A DNA stretch of 64,000 nt from an uncultured Clostridia bacterium (GCA_944391815.1 CALXUV010000020.1:7081-71080), one strand, 5' to 3'. Shown: positions 47,755-58,719, counted from the first letter of the stretch. Notes: generated by a model from the sequence alone, not told the origin. Program-made: numbers and translations.

Positions 47755-49935
47755 ATGTCGCTGATACGCCTTTCGGATACAGGAAAAATTTATTCCGGAA
47801 ACGGAAGCTCAGCAGTCGGTATCCGTAACATAAACTTATCTTTTGAAAGCGGAGAATTTGTCGCTGTAACAGGACAGTCCGGCAGCGGAAAAACCACGCT
47901 TTTGAATGTCATCGGAGGTATAGACAGCTATGATGAGGGGGAACTTTATATAGAAGATTCTCCGACTTCTCACTTTACCCAAAAGGACTGGGAGAAATAC
48001 AGAGAAGATTATATTTCTTTTATCTTTCAGGATTACAACATTCTTGAAAGTTTCACTGTGCTTGAAAACGTAGAGCTTGCTTTATTACACATAAAGGACG
48101 GTAAGCTACGCCGCAAACGGGCGCTGGAACTGATTTCAAAGGTCGGGCTTGATGATAAAATTTCAAGCAAGGGAGCAAAGCTTTCAGGAGGTCAGAAACA
48201 GCGTACGGTCATTGCAAGAGCACTTGCCAAGGACTCGCCGATAATTCTTGCCGACGAACCCACCGGCAATCTCGACAGCAAAAGCGCAGGTGAAATAATC
48301 AGACTTCTGAAAGAAATTTCAGAAAACAAACTGGTTATCATGGTAACTCATGATTTTGACAGCGTAAAGGACATTGTCACCCGTGAAGTAAGGATTTTTG
48401 ACGGCAGCGTTGAATACGACCGCAAACTGCAACAAAAAGCTGTTTCTTCGGACCCGGAAAAAACTACATCTGATGACAAAAACAGCCTTGTACGCAGCTC
48501 TGCTGTACTTGGCTTAGCTCTTTACAGGTCGAAGCCCGTTTTTACTGTTTTTCTCGCATTAATGATGATTTTTCCCATATTTGCACTTTACGGACTTTCT
48601 ATCTTTGTTGCTCAGACAACGGAGGAAATCTCGGAAAAAAACTTCTTTACATATATTCCCGGCAGAATAGTCGTTTCTTCCGCTGACGGTCAGCCTTATA
48701 CCGAAGATTTTATAGCTGAGGTTGCGAAAAAAACAGGCGCTGAAAGCTATATGTTTTACGATAAAGTACTGGACGACACTTTTTCTTATTCTCACATAGA
48801 TTACGCTCGTAATATTTATGTATACTTTAATATGACTGTCTCAGTGGAAACACCGAGGCATGCGGATATCGGCAGATTTCCCGAAAGCCCTGATGAAATA
48901 TTTCTCTCCCTCCCGATATATTTACAGGATGAATTCGGAAAAAAAGCTATCGCCGACATCGATCTGAACCTTTTTTCCGGACTCGGTGGAATGAAAATCT
49001 GCGGTATCGATTACTATTACGACAATACTGTCACACCGAAAATTCACATGACAAAGGAAGGTCTTCAGAATTTCACGCTCCTAAAAATTGCCGAGTCATC
49101 ATTCGATTCCATAAAAATTTTCACAACGTCTTTCGGAACCGAGTGGGAGGAAAATTATTATTTTCCCGGAAGTGCCATTCGTTTTACACCCCTTCTTGCA
49201 AAAAATGAAATATTCAGTCCACAATTTAAAAACTTTGACAATGCAACGGCACATTTTAGTAATTACCAAAGTCAAAACGAATTACACTACGATTTTACCG
49301 TGAAGGACTCTCTTGAAGGATACTCGGAACTCTCGTACGATTCAAACGTTTTCTTCGTTAGCACCGAATTTCTCACAGAACTGACAAATGAAGTACTTGA
49401 TACCTCTGTTACACAATCATCGCTTTTCTTTTCAAGCGACGCCGAAGCTAAGAAGGCGATACAGGTTATCAAGGATTCGGGTCTTGCCTACCTTATGTCC
49501 GATGCGAAAGCTGATGTTCCTTTTGAGAGCATAAGTAATGCACTGAGTTATCTCGGCATGATAATTCTTACAATTTTCTGTCTGATTTTTCTTACACTCT
49601 TTGTAATAATCTGCACATCAAGAGCCGTAATGTCGACAAAAGACGATGTTGCAGTGCTGAGATCAATGGGAATACGCTCATCAGTACTCAAAGCGGCTTT
49701 TGTCTTCCGGATGATGCTGTCATTAGTGCCGGCTTGCATACTACTGACCGTCACCGCTTTTATCGTTTATCTTAACCCCACTTCAAACAAGTATGTGCCA
49801 TTCCTGCATGCCAGGGACTATATGTTTATCTTCTTCGGAATGCTGACGGTTACACTGCTTGTAACCATGAACTTCGTAAAGCGGATATTCAAGGTAAGTG
49901 TACGCAGAGCTTTGAAAGAAGGTGATCGTATATGA
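47755..49935 (+). CDS. MacB/FtsX-type ABC transporter, fused ATPase-permease
   Basis: GQSGSGKTT, LSGGQKQR, ADEPTGNLD, VTHD; one TM, extracellular domain, three C-terminal TM segments. Confidence 0.9.
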   Translation: MSLIRLSDTGKIYSGNGSSAVGIRNINLSFESGEFVAVTGQSGSGKTTLLNVIGGIDSYDEGELYIEDSPTSHFTQKDWEKYREDYISFIFQDYNILESFTVLENVELALLHIKDGKLRRKRALELISKVGLDDKISSKGAKLSGGQKQRTVIARALAKDSPIILADEPTGNLDSKSAGEIIRLLKEISENKLVIMVTHDFDSVKDIVTREVRIFDGSVEYDRKLQQKAVSSDPEKTTSDDKNSLVRSSAVLGLALYRSKPVFTVFLALMMIFPIFALYGLSIFVAQTTEEISEKNFFTYIPGRIVVSSADGQPYTEDFIAEVAKKTGAESYMFYDKVLDDTFSYSHIDYARNIYVYFNMTVSVETPRHADIGRFPESPDEIFLSLPIYLQDEFGKKAIADIDLNLFSGLGGMKICGIDYYYDNTVTPKIHMTKEGLQNFTLLKIAESSFDSIKIFTTSFGTEWEENYYFPGSAIRFTPLLAKNEIFSPQFKNFDNATAHFSNYQSQNELHYDFTVKDSLEGYSELSYDSNVFFVSTEFLTELTNEVLDTSVTQSSLFFSSDAEAKKAIQVIKDSGLAYLMSDAKADVPFESISNALSYLGMIILTIFCLIFLTLFVIICTSRAVMSTKDDVAVLRSMGIRSSVLKAAFVFRMMLSLVPACILLTVTAFIVYLNPTSNKYVPFLHARDYMFIFFGMLTVTLLVTMNFVKRIFKVSVRRALKEGDRI

Positions 49936-52900
49936 TAAGCATAAAAAATGCGGATAAGTATTTTAACAGAAAAAAAGCTTCTGAAATCCATGTAATAAAC
50001 GACCTGACACTTGAACTTCCTGAAACAGGATTTATTGCAATAACCGGGCGCTCCGGATGCGGAAAAACAACACTTCTCAACGCTATCGGCGGTCTTGATG
50101 ATATCGGAAACGGAAGCATTGAAGTTTGCGGTAAAGACATATCGGAAGATACCGACAATGTAAGGAACAGATACATAGGATACATACTGCAGAATTACTG
50201 TCTGTGCGCTTCAATGACAGTCGGTGAAAACGTTATGAGCGCTCTGCGTCTCGCAGGTTTTACCGACAAAGCGGAATCAGAAAAAAGGGTTTTTACCGCA
50301 CTGAAAAATGTCGGCATGGAGAAATTTATAAAACGCTTTCCGAATGCCCTGTCAGGAGGTCAGCAACAGCGTGTTGCAATCGCCAGAGCAATAGTCAAAA
50401 ACCCCGCCGTCATTCTCGCAGACGAACCTACCGGTAATCTTGACTCAGCCAATACTTTGACGGTAATGGAAATTTTAAAAGAAATTTCAAAGAACCGTCT
50501 TGTGCTTATGGTTACGCACGAAGAAGACCTGGCTTACAGATATTGCGATCGGATAATAACTCTTTCCGACGGAAGGATAGTATCGGATACCACTGCCGAC
50601 CCGGACTCAGTCCGGAACTTAAAAGAAACCGATGACGGCTCAGTTTATCTCGGGGACATGGAACACTCGTCGCTGACTCTCGGAAAACTTAAAATCGAAT
50701 ATTTCAGTGACGGAAGCGAAAAGGAAGCGGAACTGAAAGTTATCAGCCATAAGGGAAACATTTATCTCGGAAGCAGCGGCGCTTCAGTAAGACTGATCGG
50801 TGAAAAAAACAGTCTGAATATTGTTGACGGTAAAAAACCGAAAGAAAATAACGATACCGCAAGTCAAAAAAAATTTGACATCTCTGCCTTGCCGCCTGTC
50901 CCGGAAAGCAAAAACACAGGTCGACTGTTTGATCTTAAAAAAGCTGCAATTACTGCATTCAGAAATAATCTTTCACCAAAAAACAGAAAAGTAAAAATGC
51001 TTTACATTCTTATGGTTTGCCTGTCGCTTGTTATGACCGGTACTTCTGCTTTTTGGGGTAAAACCATTGCCGGCTTCAAAAAAACAGAACAGGGATACAG
51101 TGACCGTATCATCTTTTTGAATTTGAAGCAAGAAGAGAACGAAATTGACTATACCGAAGTGGCTTCGCTTGTAGGAAAAAACGGAGTTACTTCAGTGTTT
51201 CCTTTGAACTTTTTCAGTAAAACAGATATGATTTATGCCGGAAAATCAACGGTGGAATTCAGGTACGGAAACTTTGACACCAAAAAAGATCTCAGCTTGT
51301 CTTTCGGAACAACAGGATTTTTCCTGCCTCAAGCAGAAATCCGTGACAGTCATCTTATTGCAGGTACGGATAAAATAACGGATAACAATCAGGTTATAAT
51401 AACCACTGCAATTGCAGATTATATCCTCCAAAACTCATATTACGACAATATTTCATCATACAATGATCTGATAGGACTCCGGGAAGCGGTAAACGAATAT
51501 TACAACTTAACTTCCTCGAACGAAAACATCTGCCTTGAAATAGTGGGGATCGTCAGTAATAACAAACCCTACTATTTCGTTTCAGAAATTCAGTACGCAT
51601 ACAGACATTTGGAAATAATTGCGTTGCCTTATTCTTTTCTCAAAAATCCAACTTTTCCGGCTCCTGCCGACGGTTCGGCAATAGTCAACATTTCATCTTC
51701 TTTTGTTGCCAATGATTCCGATTTTACCGGATTTCAGAAGTCAAAGATTAGTATTTTGGGGAAACCACTTGATATTGCCGGCAGAGCGTTTTCTTACCGC
51801 GAAACTGTCGAAGAATGTATGTTAAATCATGGTTACCGCGAAACCAAGACCGACAAAGAATGGGAAGCATTTTTACAAAATGTTATGCCGGATCAGGATC
51901 CGGCTCTGATCCGCAGTTACCTTCCGCTTGCCAAAATGATTTACAGGCTTGAATTTGCCAATATTTACAAAGATTATTTAAGCGATAAGACGTATAAAAT
52001 TCACACCCCTGCCAGTTACTATGTAATGAAAGACGGTGAATTTGACAAAGACAGTTATATTCGTATGATCGTGAGTTCTGCCGGTAGCGACGAGATAACA
52101 CCCGTTTACAGCGAAGATCCGGAAACACTCTATGCTCTTGCTTACCTGTTTTACAAGACTTATGACCGTTACCCTGCAATCAACGGATTTACAGACCAAG
52201 CGGGAAACGTAATCAAAAAAGACACCTTATGGCTGAATTTCAGTCAGGCATCATCAAACTCTGACAAAGCAATCCAGCAATATCTCCCGCAAAGCGATCC
52301 GCAACCTGAATATCAGTCGTACTTCGATTCACTGAACGCCGAATACTGTGTTGACTCAGGCGAAAATACTGTTGCAATACTCAGCGACAATGATTACATG
52401 TCTTTGCTAATGTCCGACGGTGCCACTTTTTCTCCGGTAGGCTTTCATTCTAAACATCAAGCCGTTGCAATAGTTTCAGACGATCCCGATACTACAGTCG
52501 CCTATTTAAAATCTGTTTATGGCAGTGAATATATTTGTTCGCCGGACATGATAGAAAACCAAATCAAAGGTGATCTGGTTGAACAACTGGTATCGCAAAC
52601 AATACCTTTCGTGATACTATCAGTTATCCTCGGTATCAGCATTTACTTTATTATGCGTACCGCTCTTATGTCAAGAGTAAAGGAAATTGCCGTATACAGG
52701 GTTATCGGGGTTAGAAAAAGCAATCTGTACTTCCTGTTTTTCACTGAAAGTCTGACTGTTTTTGCTTTTACTGTTTTCCCCGGTTACTTCATCGTTTCGG
52801 TTTTTCTTGGTTCTGTCTCTTCTCCGTTGACATCAGGTGTATTTTATTATCCTTTCTACATTGCGCTTATTACTTTCACTTATCTTTTTGCCTGCGTTAT

Positions 52901-52976
52901 TCTGTTCGGAATTCTTCCGGTCATACGGCTGCTGCGAAAAACACCAAGTCAGCTACTCACAAAATACGATATTTGA
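49932..52976 (+). CDS. MacB/FtsX-type ABC transporter, fused ATPase-permease with large extracellular domain
   Basis: GRSGCGKTT, LSGGQQQR, ADEPTGNLD; RVKEIAVYRVIG FtsX motif; ATGA overlap with the previous gene. Confidence 0.9.
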   Translation: MISIKNADKYFNRKKASEIHVINDLTLELPETGFIAITGRSGCGKTTLLNAIGGLDDIGNGSIEVCGKDISEDTDNVRNRYIGYILQNYCLCASMTVGENVMSALRLAGFTDKAESEKRVFTALKNVGMEKFIKRFPNALSGGQQQRVAIARAIVKNPAVILADEPTGNLDSANTLTVMEILKEISKNRLVLMVTHEEDLAYRYCDRIITLSDGRIVSDTTADPDSVRNLKETDDGSVYLGDMEHSSLTLGKLKIEYFSDGSEKEAELKVISHKGNIYLGSSGASVRLIGEKNSLNIVDGKKPKENNDTASQKKFDISALPPVPESKNTGRLFDLKKAAITAFRNNLSPKNRKVKMLYILMVCLSLVMTGTSAFWGKTIAGFKKTEQGYSDRIIFLNLKQEENEIDYTEVASLVGKNGVTSVFPLNFFSKTDMIYAGKSTVEFRYGNFDTKKDLSLSFGTTGFFLPQAEIRDSHLIAGTDKITDNNQVIITTAIADYILQNSYYDNISSYNDLIGLREAVNEYYNLTSSNENICLEIVGIVSNNKPYYFVSEIQYAYRHLEIIALPYSFLKNPTFPAPADGSAIVNISSSFVANDSDFTGFQKSKISILGKPLDIAGRAFSYRETVEECMLNHGYRETKTDKEWEAFLQNVMPDQDPALIRSYLPLAKMIYRLEFANIYKDYLSDKTYKIHTPASYYVMKDGEFDKDSYIRMIVSSAGSDEITPVYSEDPETLYALAYLFYKTYDRYPAINGFTDQAGNVIKKDTLWLNFSQASSNSDKAIQQYLPQSDPQPEYQSYFDSLNAEYCVDSGENTVAILSDNDYMSLLMSDGATFSPVGFHSKHQAVAIVSDDPDTTVAYLKSVYGSEYICSPDMIENQIKGDLVEQLVSQTIPFVILSVILGISIYFIMRTALMSRVKEIAVYRVIGVRKSNLYFLFFTESLTVFAFTVFPGYFIVSVFLGSVSSPLTSGVFYYPFYIALITFTYLFACVILFGILPVIRLLRKTPSQLLTKYDI

Positions 52977-53141
52977 ACTTACCTGAGTAAAATACCGCTG
53001 GGGCCGAAAAGACAGGATTATTTAACGTAGAGGTGGTTTATATAAACTTTTTAAATCACACAGTTTTCGTCAGATCAAGTTTTAACAAAAGTGAAACGCT
53101 TGTAATTTTTTGATTTTTGTTTTCAGTCAGAAGGATTTTTT

Positions 53142-53639
53142 ATGAAAAAAGTTTTAATCATCGGTTGTCCGGGAGCGGGAAAAAGCACATTCGGCAAACG
53201 ACTTGCAGACAAAACAGGTCTGCCACTCTACCATCTTGATATGATCTGGCATAAGCCTGACAAAACCAACATTTCCACTGATGAATTTGACAGTCGGCTT
53301 ACAGAAATAACCTTACGGGATGAATGGATAATAGACGGAAACTATCAGCGCACTCTTGAAATGCGTCTGAACCGCTGTGATACGGTCTTTCTTCTCGACT
53401 TTCCGCTCGAAGTTTGCCTTGCCGGAATAAAATCAAGAATCGGGACTGTAAGAGAAGACCTGCCGTGGAAAGAAACTGAACTTGACAAGTCTTTCGAAGA
53501 GTTCGTTATCAATTTTCCCGAGGATAATCTGCCGAAAATTTACCGATTACTCGAAAAATACACTATGTCAAAAGATATACATATACTCAGGTCAAGGGCT
53601 GAGGCAGACTCATACCTTGAAGACAAGACTATCCTATAA
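53142..53639 (+). CDS. Adenylate-kinase-like P-loop protein (FlaR / topology modulation family)
   Basis: IGCPGAGKST, HLDMIW, WIIDGNY. Confidence 0.82.
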   Translation: MKKVLIIGCPGAGKSTFGKRLADKTGLPLYHLDMIWHKPDKTNISTDEFDSRLTEITLRDEWIIDGNYQRTLEMRLNRCDTVFLLDFPLEVCLAGIKSRIGTVREDLPWKETELDKSFEEFVINFPEDNLPKIYRLLEKYTMSKDIHILRSRAEADSYLEDKTIL

Positions 53640-53841
53640 CCGACAAATTTAAGAATGTGAAAAAAGTGAACGCTCACCTTAAAAAATAAGCGAGCTCTGA
53701 CGGATAAGTCAAGTAAAACCGATATACTTATCAGGTTTTTCAAAAAGTAGTTTTTCAGAAAAATTATCATCATTTTTATTCTCCACCCAATCAGATGGGC
53801 TGAGTTAAGTCCTGAAAATCAGCAATTACCCATCCATCAAC

Positions 53842-53880
53842 AAAAACACCCGTCATCCTCTGTGAAAGACGGGTGTTTTT
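53842..53880. terminator. Intrinsic terminator
   Basis: AAAAACACCCGTC-N13-GACGGGTGTTTTT. Confidence 0.8.
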
Positions 53881-54188
53881 CTATTTACTCAGGAGCAGCC
53901 GAAATATTTCAATTTGAATTAAAATTTCTGTAGTCGGAATCAAAATTATTTTCCAGAAATCGTTAAAAAACGATTTTGAATTTTTCTGTCTTTATGCTTA
54001 ATAAAACATTGGACTGTTTTTATAAACCATACAATTAAGGCAAAAAATCCGCCTTTCTTTTTGTCACTGAAAAAGGTAACATTTATGTTAAAACTGTTTA
54101 CATACGATAAAAATTGTGATAAAATAAAGGTATGCGCAAACGGTAAATTTTTTCACGGTCTGCCAAATATTAACGTCGGTGGGTAAAA

Positions 54189-54886
54189 ATGAGACTTGAC
54201 AAATTTCTGTCACAAACAAAAACGCTCTCACGTTCTGAGGCTTCAAAAGCCGCTAAAAACGGACTCATAACCGTAAACGGTTCACAGGTAAAAGACTGCT
54301 CCGTTCATATAGTTCCCGAAACCGATGTGATATGCTTCCGCGGAGAAGAAATAGTTTACAGACAATTCATATGGATAATGATGAATAAACCGGCGGGTGT
54401 GCTCAGCGCTTCAAATGACAAAAAAGCAAAAACGGTAATAGATCTGCTTCCTCCTCCGCTCTGCTCGATGGGGCTGTTTCCATGCGGAAGACTTGATAAA
54501 GATACGGTCGGCCTTCTGCTGATAACCAACGACGGAGAGCTGTGTCACAAGCTGCTTACTCCGAAAAGCACGCCAAAAAAACATACCGTTTCATTCTTTC
54601 AAACCCGTACGATAAGCGAAAAAAAATCGAAGACGGAATACCAATGGACGGTAAAATAACAAAGCCGGCTGTCATCGTCTGCGACTCCCCGACATCCGGA
54701 AGCATCACTCTTACAGAGGGAAAATATCATCAGATAAAAAGAATGTTTGAATATGCGGGGAGCACCGTCACTTTTCTTCAGAGAACGGAATTCGGCGGTC
54801 TGAGTCTTGATCCTGCCCTCGGAAGCGGTCAATGGCGTTACCTTAGCGAAACTGAAATCGAGACGCTGAAAAAATGCTGCGAATGA
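54189..54886 (+). pseudogene. RsuA-family rRNA pseudouridine synthase split by a one-base frameshift
   Basis: ORF1: MRLDKFL (S4 domain), NKPAG, GRLDKDTVGLLLITNDG; ORF2: HAKKTY...EGKYHQIKRMF; one extra A at 54564-54567 restores TPKKHAKKTY. Confidence 0.85.
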
Positions 54887-55071
54887 TTTTTTGCTGCAAG
54901 CGTGATTATTGAAAAACATTTTATGCGGATTTCAGCACGCACAGTGCCCGTTTTCTGTATTTTTTATCAACCGAAACCAAACAAATTTCACCCGGAGCGG
55001 CACATAGCCTTCACTATGGTAAATTGCCGTTTCCGTAAAAATTTCAAAGCAAAACAAGAAAGGACATCAGA

Positions 55072-57231
55072 ATGGACATCATCCAGAAATTATCGGAAGA
55101 ATTTAATCTCGACAAAGATAAACTCGAAAAAACAATAGCTCTTATAGACGAAGGTAATACAATCCCTTTCATAGCAAGATACCGTAAAGAGGTTACGGGT
55201 TCGATGAGTGATACGGTTCTGCGGGATCTTAGCGACAGACTTGTATATCTCAGAAACCTTGACAAAAGGCGCGAAGAGATCCGCACTTCAATAAGCGAAC
55301 AGGGAAAACTGACCGACGAAATCAGCGCCGCCATCGATAATGCGCAGATACTTACCGAACTTGAAGATATTTACCGTCCGTTTAAGCCGCACAGAAAAAC
55401 AAGGGCTTCTGTCGCAAGAGAAAAAGGTCTCGAAAAGCTCGCAGAGCTTATTTTTGCACAGCAGGACAGCTATATTCCTTCAATCGAAGAGCAGGCACAG
55501 GATTTCGTTTCGGAAGAAAAGGAAGTCCTGACCGTCGAAGACGCAATTGCCGGAGCTAAGGACATTATAGCAGAGGATATTTCGGATAACGCCGATTACA
55601 GAAAAGAAATCAGAGCTTTGACTTTCGAGCACGGCATACTGGTTTCCGAAAAAGCCAAGGACGAGGATTCTCCTTACAGCACATATTACGAATTTTCCGA
55701 AAAAGTAAAAACCATTCCCGGACACCGTGTGCTTGCTATTAACAGGGGCGAAAAGGAAGAATTCCTCAAAGTAAGACTTGACATTGCCGAAGATCTCATT
55801 CTGAATTATATTTTTGACAAGGTTATAACCAATGCTAAAAGTCCGGCTTACAAGTATGTTTCGTCTGCCGCAGTCGACAGCTATGAGCGTCTTATCGCTC
55901 CTTCAATTGAGCGTGAAATAAGGACTATGCTCTTTGACGAGGCAAGCGAGGGCGCAATCAGGGTTTTCTCCAAAAACCTCAAACAACTTCTTCTCCAGCC
56001 TCCGGTTAAGGGTAAGGTAGCTCTTGGTCTCGATCCCGGTTACCGTACCGGATGCAAACTCGCTGTCGTTGATCCAACAGGAAAGGTTCTTGACACCGGT
56101 GTTATATATCCCACAATAAAATCTGACCGCAAATATGAAGAAGCCAAGGTAATCGTCAAAAAGCTTCTGACAAAATACAGCGTTGAAATTATAGCTATCG
56201 GAAACGGTACCGCTTCGAGGGAAAGCGAGCAGTTCATAGCCGAAGTGCTTAAGGAATCAGATTCCGGAGCAAAGTACAACATTGTAAGCGAGGCCGGTGC
56301 TTCGGTCTACTCCGCTTCTAAAAGAGGCGCCGAAGAATTTCCGGATTTTGACGTCACACAGAGAAGTGCTGTTTCAATTGCAAGACGTCTTCAGGACCCG
56401 CTTGCCGAGCTGGTAAAAATCGAACCCAAGGCAATCGGAGTAGGTCAGTACCAGCACGATATGAAACCGGCAAGGCTTGACGAGGCGCTGACAGGTGTTG
56501 TAGAGGACTGCGTTAACTCCGTCGGTGTTGATGTAAACACCGCTTCAGACGCTCTTCTTTCTTATGTTGCCGGAATAAACGCCGCTGCTGCCAAAAACAT
56601 TGTAAAATACCGCGAGGAAAACGGCGAATTTTCTTCGCGCGCTCAGATAAAAAAAGTTCCGAGGATAGGCGATAAGGCGTACCAGCAGTGCGCCGGATTT
56701 CTGAGAATTCCCGGAGCAAAGGAAATTCTCGATAACACCGGAGTTCACCCGGAGTCGTATGAGCCTGCAAGAAAGCTTCTTTCAATTTTCGGATACACTG
56801 AAAAAGACATAGGTACCGGAAAACTTACAGAACTGCGTAAATCCATAAAAGATTACGGAAGCAAAAAGCTTTGCGATGAACTCGGCATAGGAAAGCCGAC
56901 TCTTGACGACATTCTCGACGAGCTTGAAAAACCCGGCAGAGATATCCGTGACGAGCTTGACGCTCCTCTCTTCCGCACCGACGTGCTCAGTATGGAAGAT
57001 CTCAAACCCGATATGATCCTTACCGGTACAGTCCGCAACGTTATTGACTTCGGGGCTTTTGTAGACATCGGAGTTCATCAGGACGGACTTGTACACATTT
57101 CGCAGATATGCGACAAATATATAAAACATCCGAGCGAAGTGCTTTCCGTGGGAGATGTTGTAAAAGTTAAAGTGATTTCCGTTGATCTTGCAAAGAAGCG
57201 CATAGCGCTCACTATGAAATTCAAGGACTGA
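55072..57231 (+). CDS. tex: Tex-family RNA-binding transcriptional accessory protein
   Basis: GNTIPFIARYRKE, DPGYRTGCK, IGNGTASRE, EAGASVYSAS, IGVGQYQHD, C-terminal S1 domain. Confidence 0.95.
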   Translation: MDIIQKLSEEFNLDKDKLEKTIALIDEGNTIPFIARYRKEVTGSMSDTVLRDLSDRLVYLRNLDKRREEIRTSISEQGKLTDEISAAIDNAQILTELEDIYRPFKPHRKTRASVAREKGLEKLAELIFAQQDSYIPSIEEQAQDFVSEEKEVLTVEDAIAGAKDIIAEDISDNADYRKEIRALTFEHGILVSEKAKDEDSPYSTYYEFSEKVKTIPGHRVLAINRGEKEEFLKVRLDIAEDLILNYIFDKVITNAKSPAYKYVSSAAVDSYERLIAPSIEREIRTMLFDEASEGAIRVFSKNLKQLLLQPPVKGKVALGLDPGYRTGCKLAVVDPTGKVLDTGVIYPTIKSDRKYEEAKVIVKKLLTKYSVEIIAIGNGTASRESEQFIAEVLKESDSGAKYNIVSEAGASVYSASKRGAEEFPDFDVTQRSAVSIARRLQDPLAELVKIEPKAIGVGQYQHDMKPARLDEALTGVVEDCVNSVGVDVNTASDALLSYVAGINAAAAKNIVKYREENGEFSSRAQIKKVPRIGDKAYQQCAGFLRIPGAKEILDNTGVHPESYEPARKLLSIFGYTEKDIGTGKLTELRKSIKDYGSKKLCDELGIGKPTLDDILDELEKPGRDIRDELDAPLFRTDVLSMEDLKPDMILTGTVRNVIDFGAFVDIGVHQDGLVHISQICDKYIKHPSEVLSVGDVVKVKVISVDLAKKRIALTMKFKD

Positions 57232-57380
57232 AAAACAGGTTAAGGAAACAAATACAAAAGATAAGTCGGTTATAAAAGTCGGAAATTATCAGCATTCCGC
57301 TTTACCAGCCTGTATACCACTACCTCAAAACCCGTATTTTCATTGATTAAAACGGCAAAACCGGCCGGTTCGGGCGACTG

Positions 57381-57402
57381 TGTTTCTAATATATTAGAAA
57401 CA
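57381..57402. promoter_or_regulatory. Perfect 22-bp palindrome upstream of the sugar ABC ATPase
   Basis: TGTTTCTAATATATTAGAAACA is its own reverse complement. Confidence 0.5.
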
Positions 57403-57560
57403 GATAGTATCCTTCAAGCCGTGAAAAAGTGACACAACTTTGTTTATTATGCACTATGCACAATTTAAAAAAATAAACTTTGGGTAAATAACCACTTTAT
57501 TTTTTCTCATTTATTTGCTATAATATGTACAAGAAAAATCGCGCTGCGGAAGTCATTTCA

Positions 57561-57573
57561 CAAAGCGCTTACA
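57561..57573. promoter_or_regulatory. cre/LacI-type operator candidate
   Basis: Minus-strand TGTAAGCGCTTTG (AAGCGCTT core) just before the AGGAGG RBS. Confidence 0.45.
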
Positions 57574-57591
57574 CAGGAGGTTTTATTAAAC

Positions 57592-58719
57592 ATGGCAAGT
57601 CTTTCTTTCAAGCACATTTACAAGAAATATCCGGGTGGCGTTACTGCTGTTTCGGACTTCTGCCTCGAAGTTAAAGACAAAGAATTCATCATTCTCGTCG
57701 GACCTTCCGGATGCGGTAAATCGACTACACTCCGTATGATTGCCGGACTTGAAGAAATAACCGAAGGAGAACTCCATATCGGCGATACGCTGGTTAACGA
57801 CATCGCTCCCAAAGAAAGAGATATTGCGATGGTTTTCCAGAACTACGCTCTTTATCCGCACATGACCGTTTTCGATAACATGGCTTTCGGTCTTAAACTC
57901 CGTAAAACGCCGAAGGAAGAAATCAAAAGACGTGTTGAAGAAGCCGCCCGTATACTTGATATTACCCACCTGCTTGAGAGACGCCCGAAGGCTCTTTCAG
58001 GAGGTCAGAAACAGCGTGTCGCGCTCGGACGTGCTATAGTTCGTGAGCCGAAGGTCTTCCTTCTCGACGAGCCTCTCTCAAACCTTGACGCTAAACTCCG
58101 TGCACAGATGAGAACAGAGCTTACCAAGATCCATCAGAAACTCGGTACAACATTCGTTTACGTTACGCATGACCAGGTCGAGGCTATGACCATGGCTACC
58201 CGTATAGTCGTTATGAAAGACGGACTTATTCAGCAGGTCGCCACACCTCAGAACCTTTACGATCTGCCGGTCAATGTTTTCGTTGCCGGATTTATCGGAA
58301 CACCTCAGATGAACTTCATCCGTGCAAATATTGAAAAGAAAGGCGAAGACCTCTTCTTCGTATTCGGTCAGAACAGACTGAAACTGCCTCAGGAAAAAGC
58401 TGAAAACCCGGCTCTTAAAGACTATATCGGCAAAGACGTTATACTCGGAGTCAGACCGGAGTGTCTCCACGACGAAGACCGTTATATCGAGAGCATGCCC
58501 GATTCTATTATCTCTGCAAACGTCGAAGTTACGGAGCTTATGGGTGCTGAAATCTATCTGTATCTCGTTACTACCGGTCTTGAAGACGAAGAGCAGAATC
58601 TTATCGCGCGTGTTTCTCCCCGTTCGGAAGTCAGAGCGGGTGACGCAGTTAAAATTGCAGTTGACCTTTCGAGAGTACACGTATTCGACAAAGATACTGA
58701 ACGTTGCATAGCTCACTGA
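57592..58719 (+). CDS. Stand-alone carbohydrate ABC ATPase (MsmX/MsmK/UgpC type)
   Basis: GPSGCGKST, VFQNYALYPHM, LSGGQKQRVALGR, DEPLSNLDAKLR, FVAGFIGTPQMN, TOBE domain. Confidence 0.95.
   Translation: MASLSFKHIYKKYPGGVTAVSDFCLEVKDKEFIILVGPSGCGKSTTLRMIAGLEEITEGELHIGDTLVNDIAPKERDIAMVFQNYALYPHMTVFDNMAFGLKLRKTPKEEIKRRVEEAARILDITHLLERRPKALSGGQKQRVALGRAIVREPKVFLLDEPLSNLDAKLRAQMRTELTKIHQKLGTTFVYVTHDQVEAMTMATRIVVMKDGLIQQVATPQNLYDLPVNVFVAGFIGTPQMNFIRANIEKKGEDLFFVFGQNRLKLPQEKAENPALKDYIGKDVILGVRPECLHDEDRYIESMPDSIISANVEVTELMGAEIYLYLVTTGLEDEEQNLIARVSPRSEVRAGDAVKIAVDLSRVHVFDKDTERCIAH

Noticed and set aside
58078-58716. 212-aa antisense ORF, and similar ones over tsf, ackA, tex, the acyl ligase and the lyases
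   Set aside because: Mirror frames of codon-biased genes; no protein-like features
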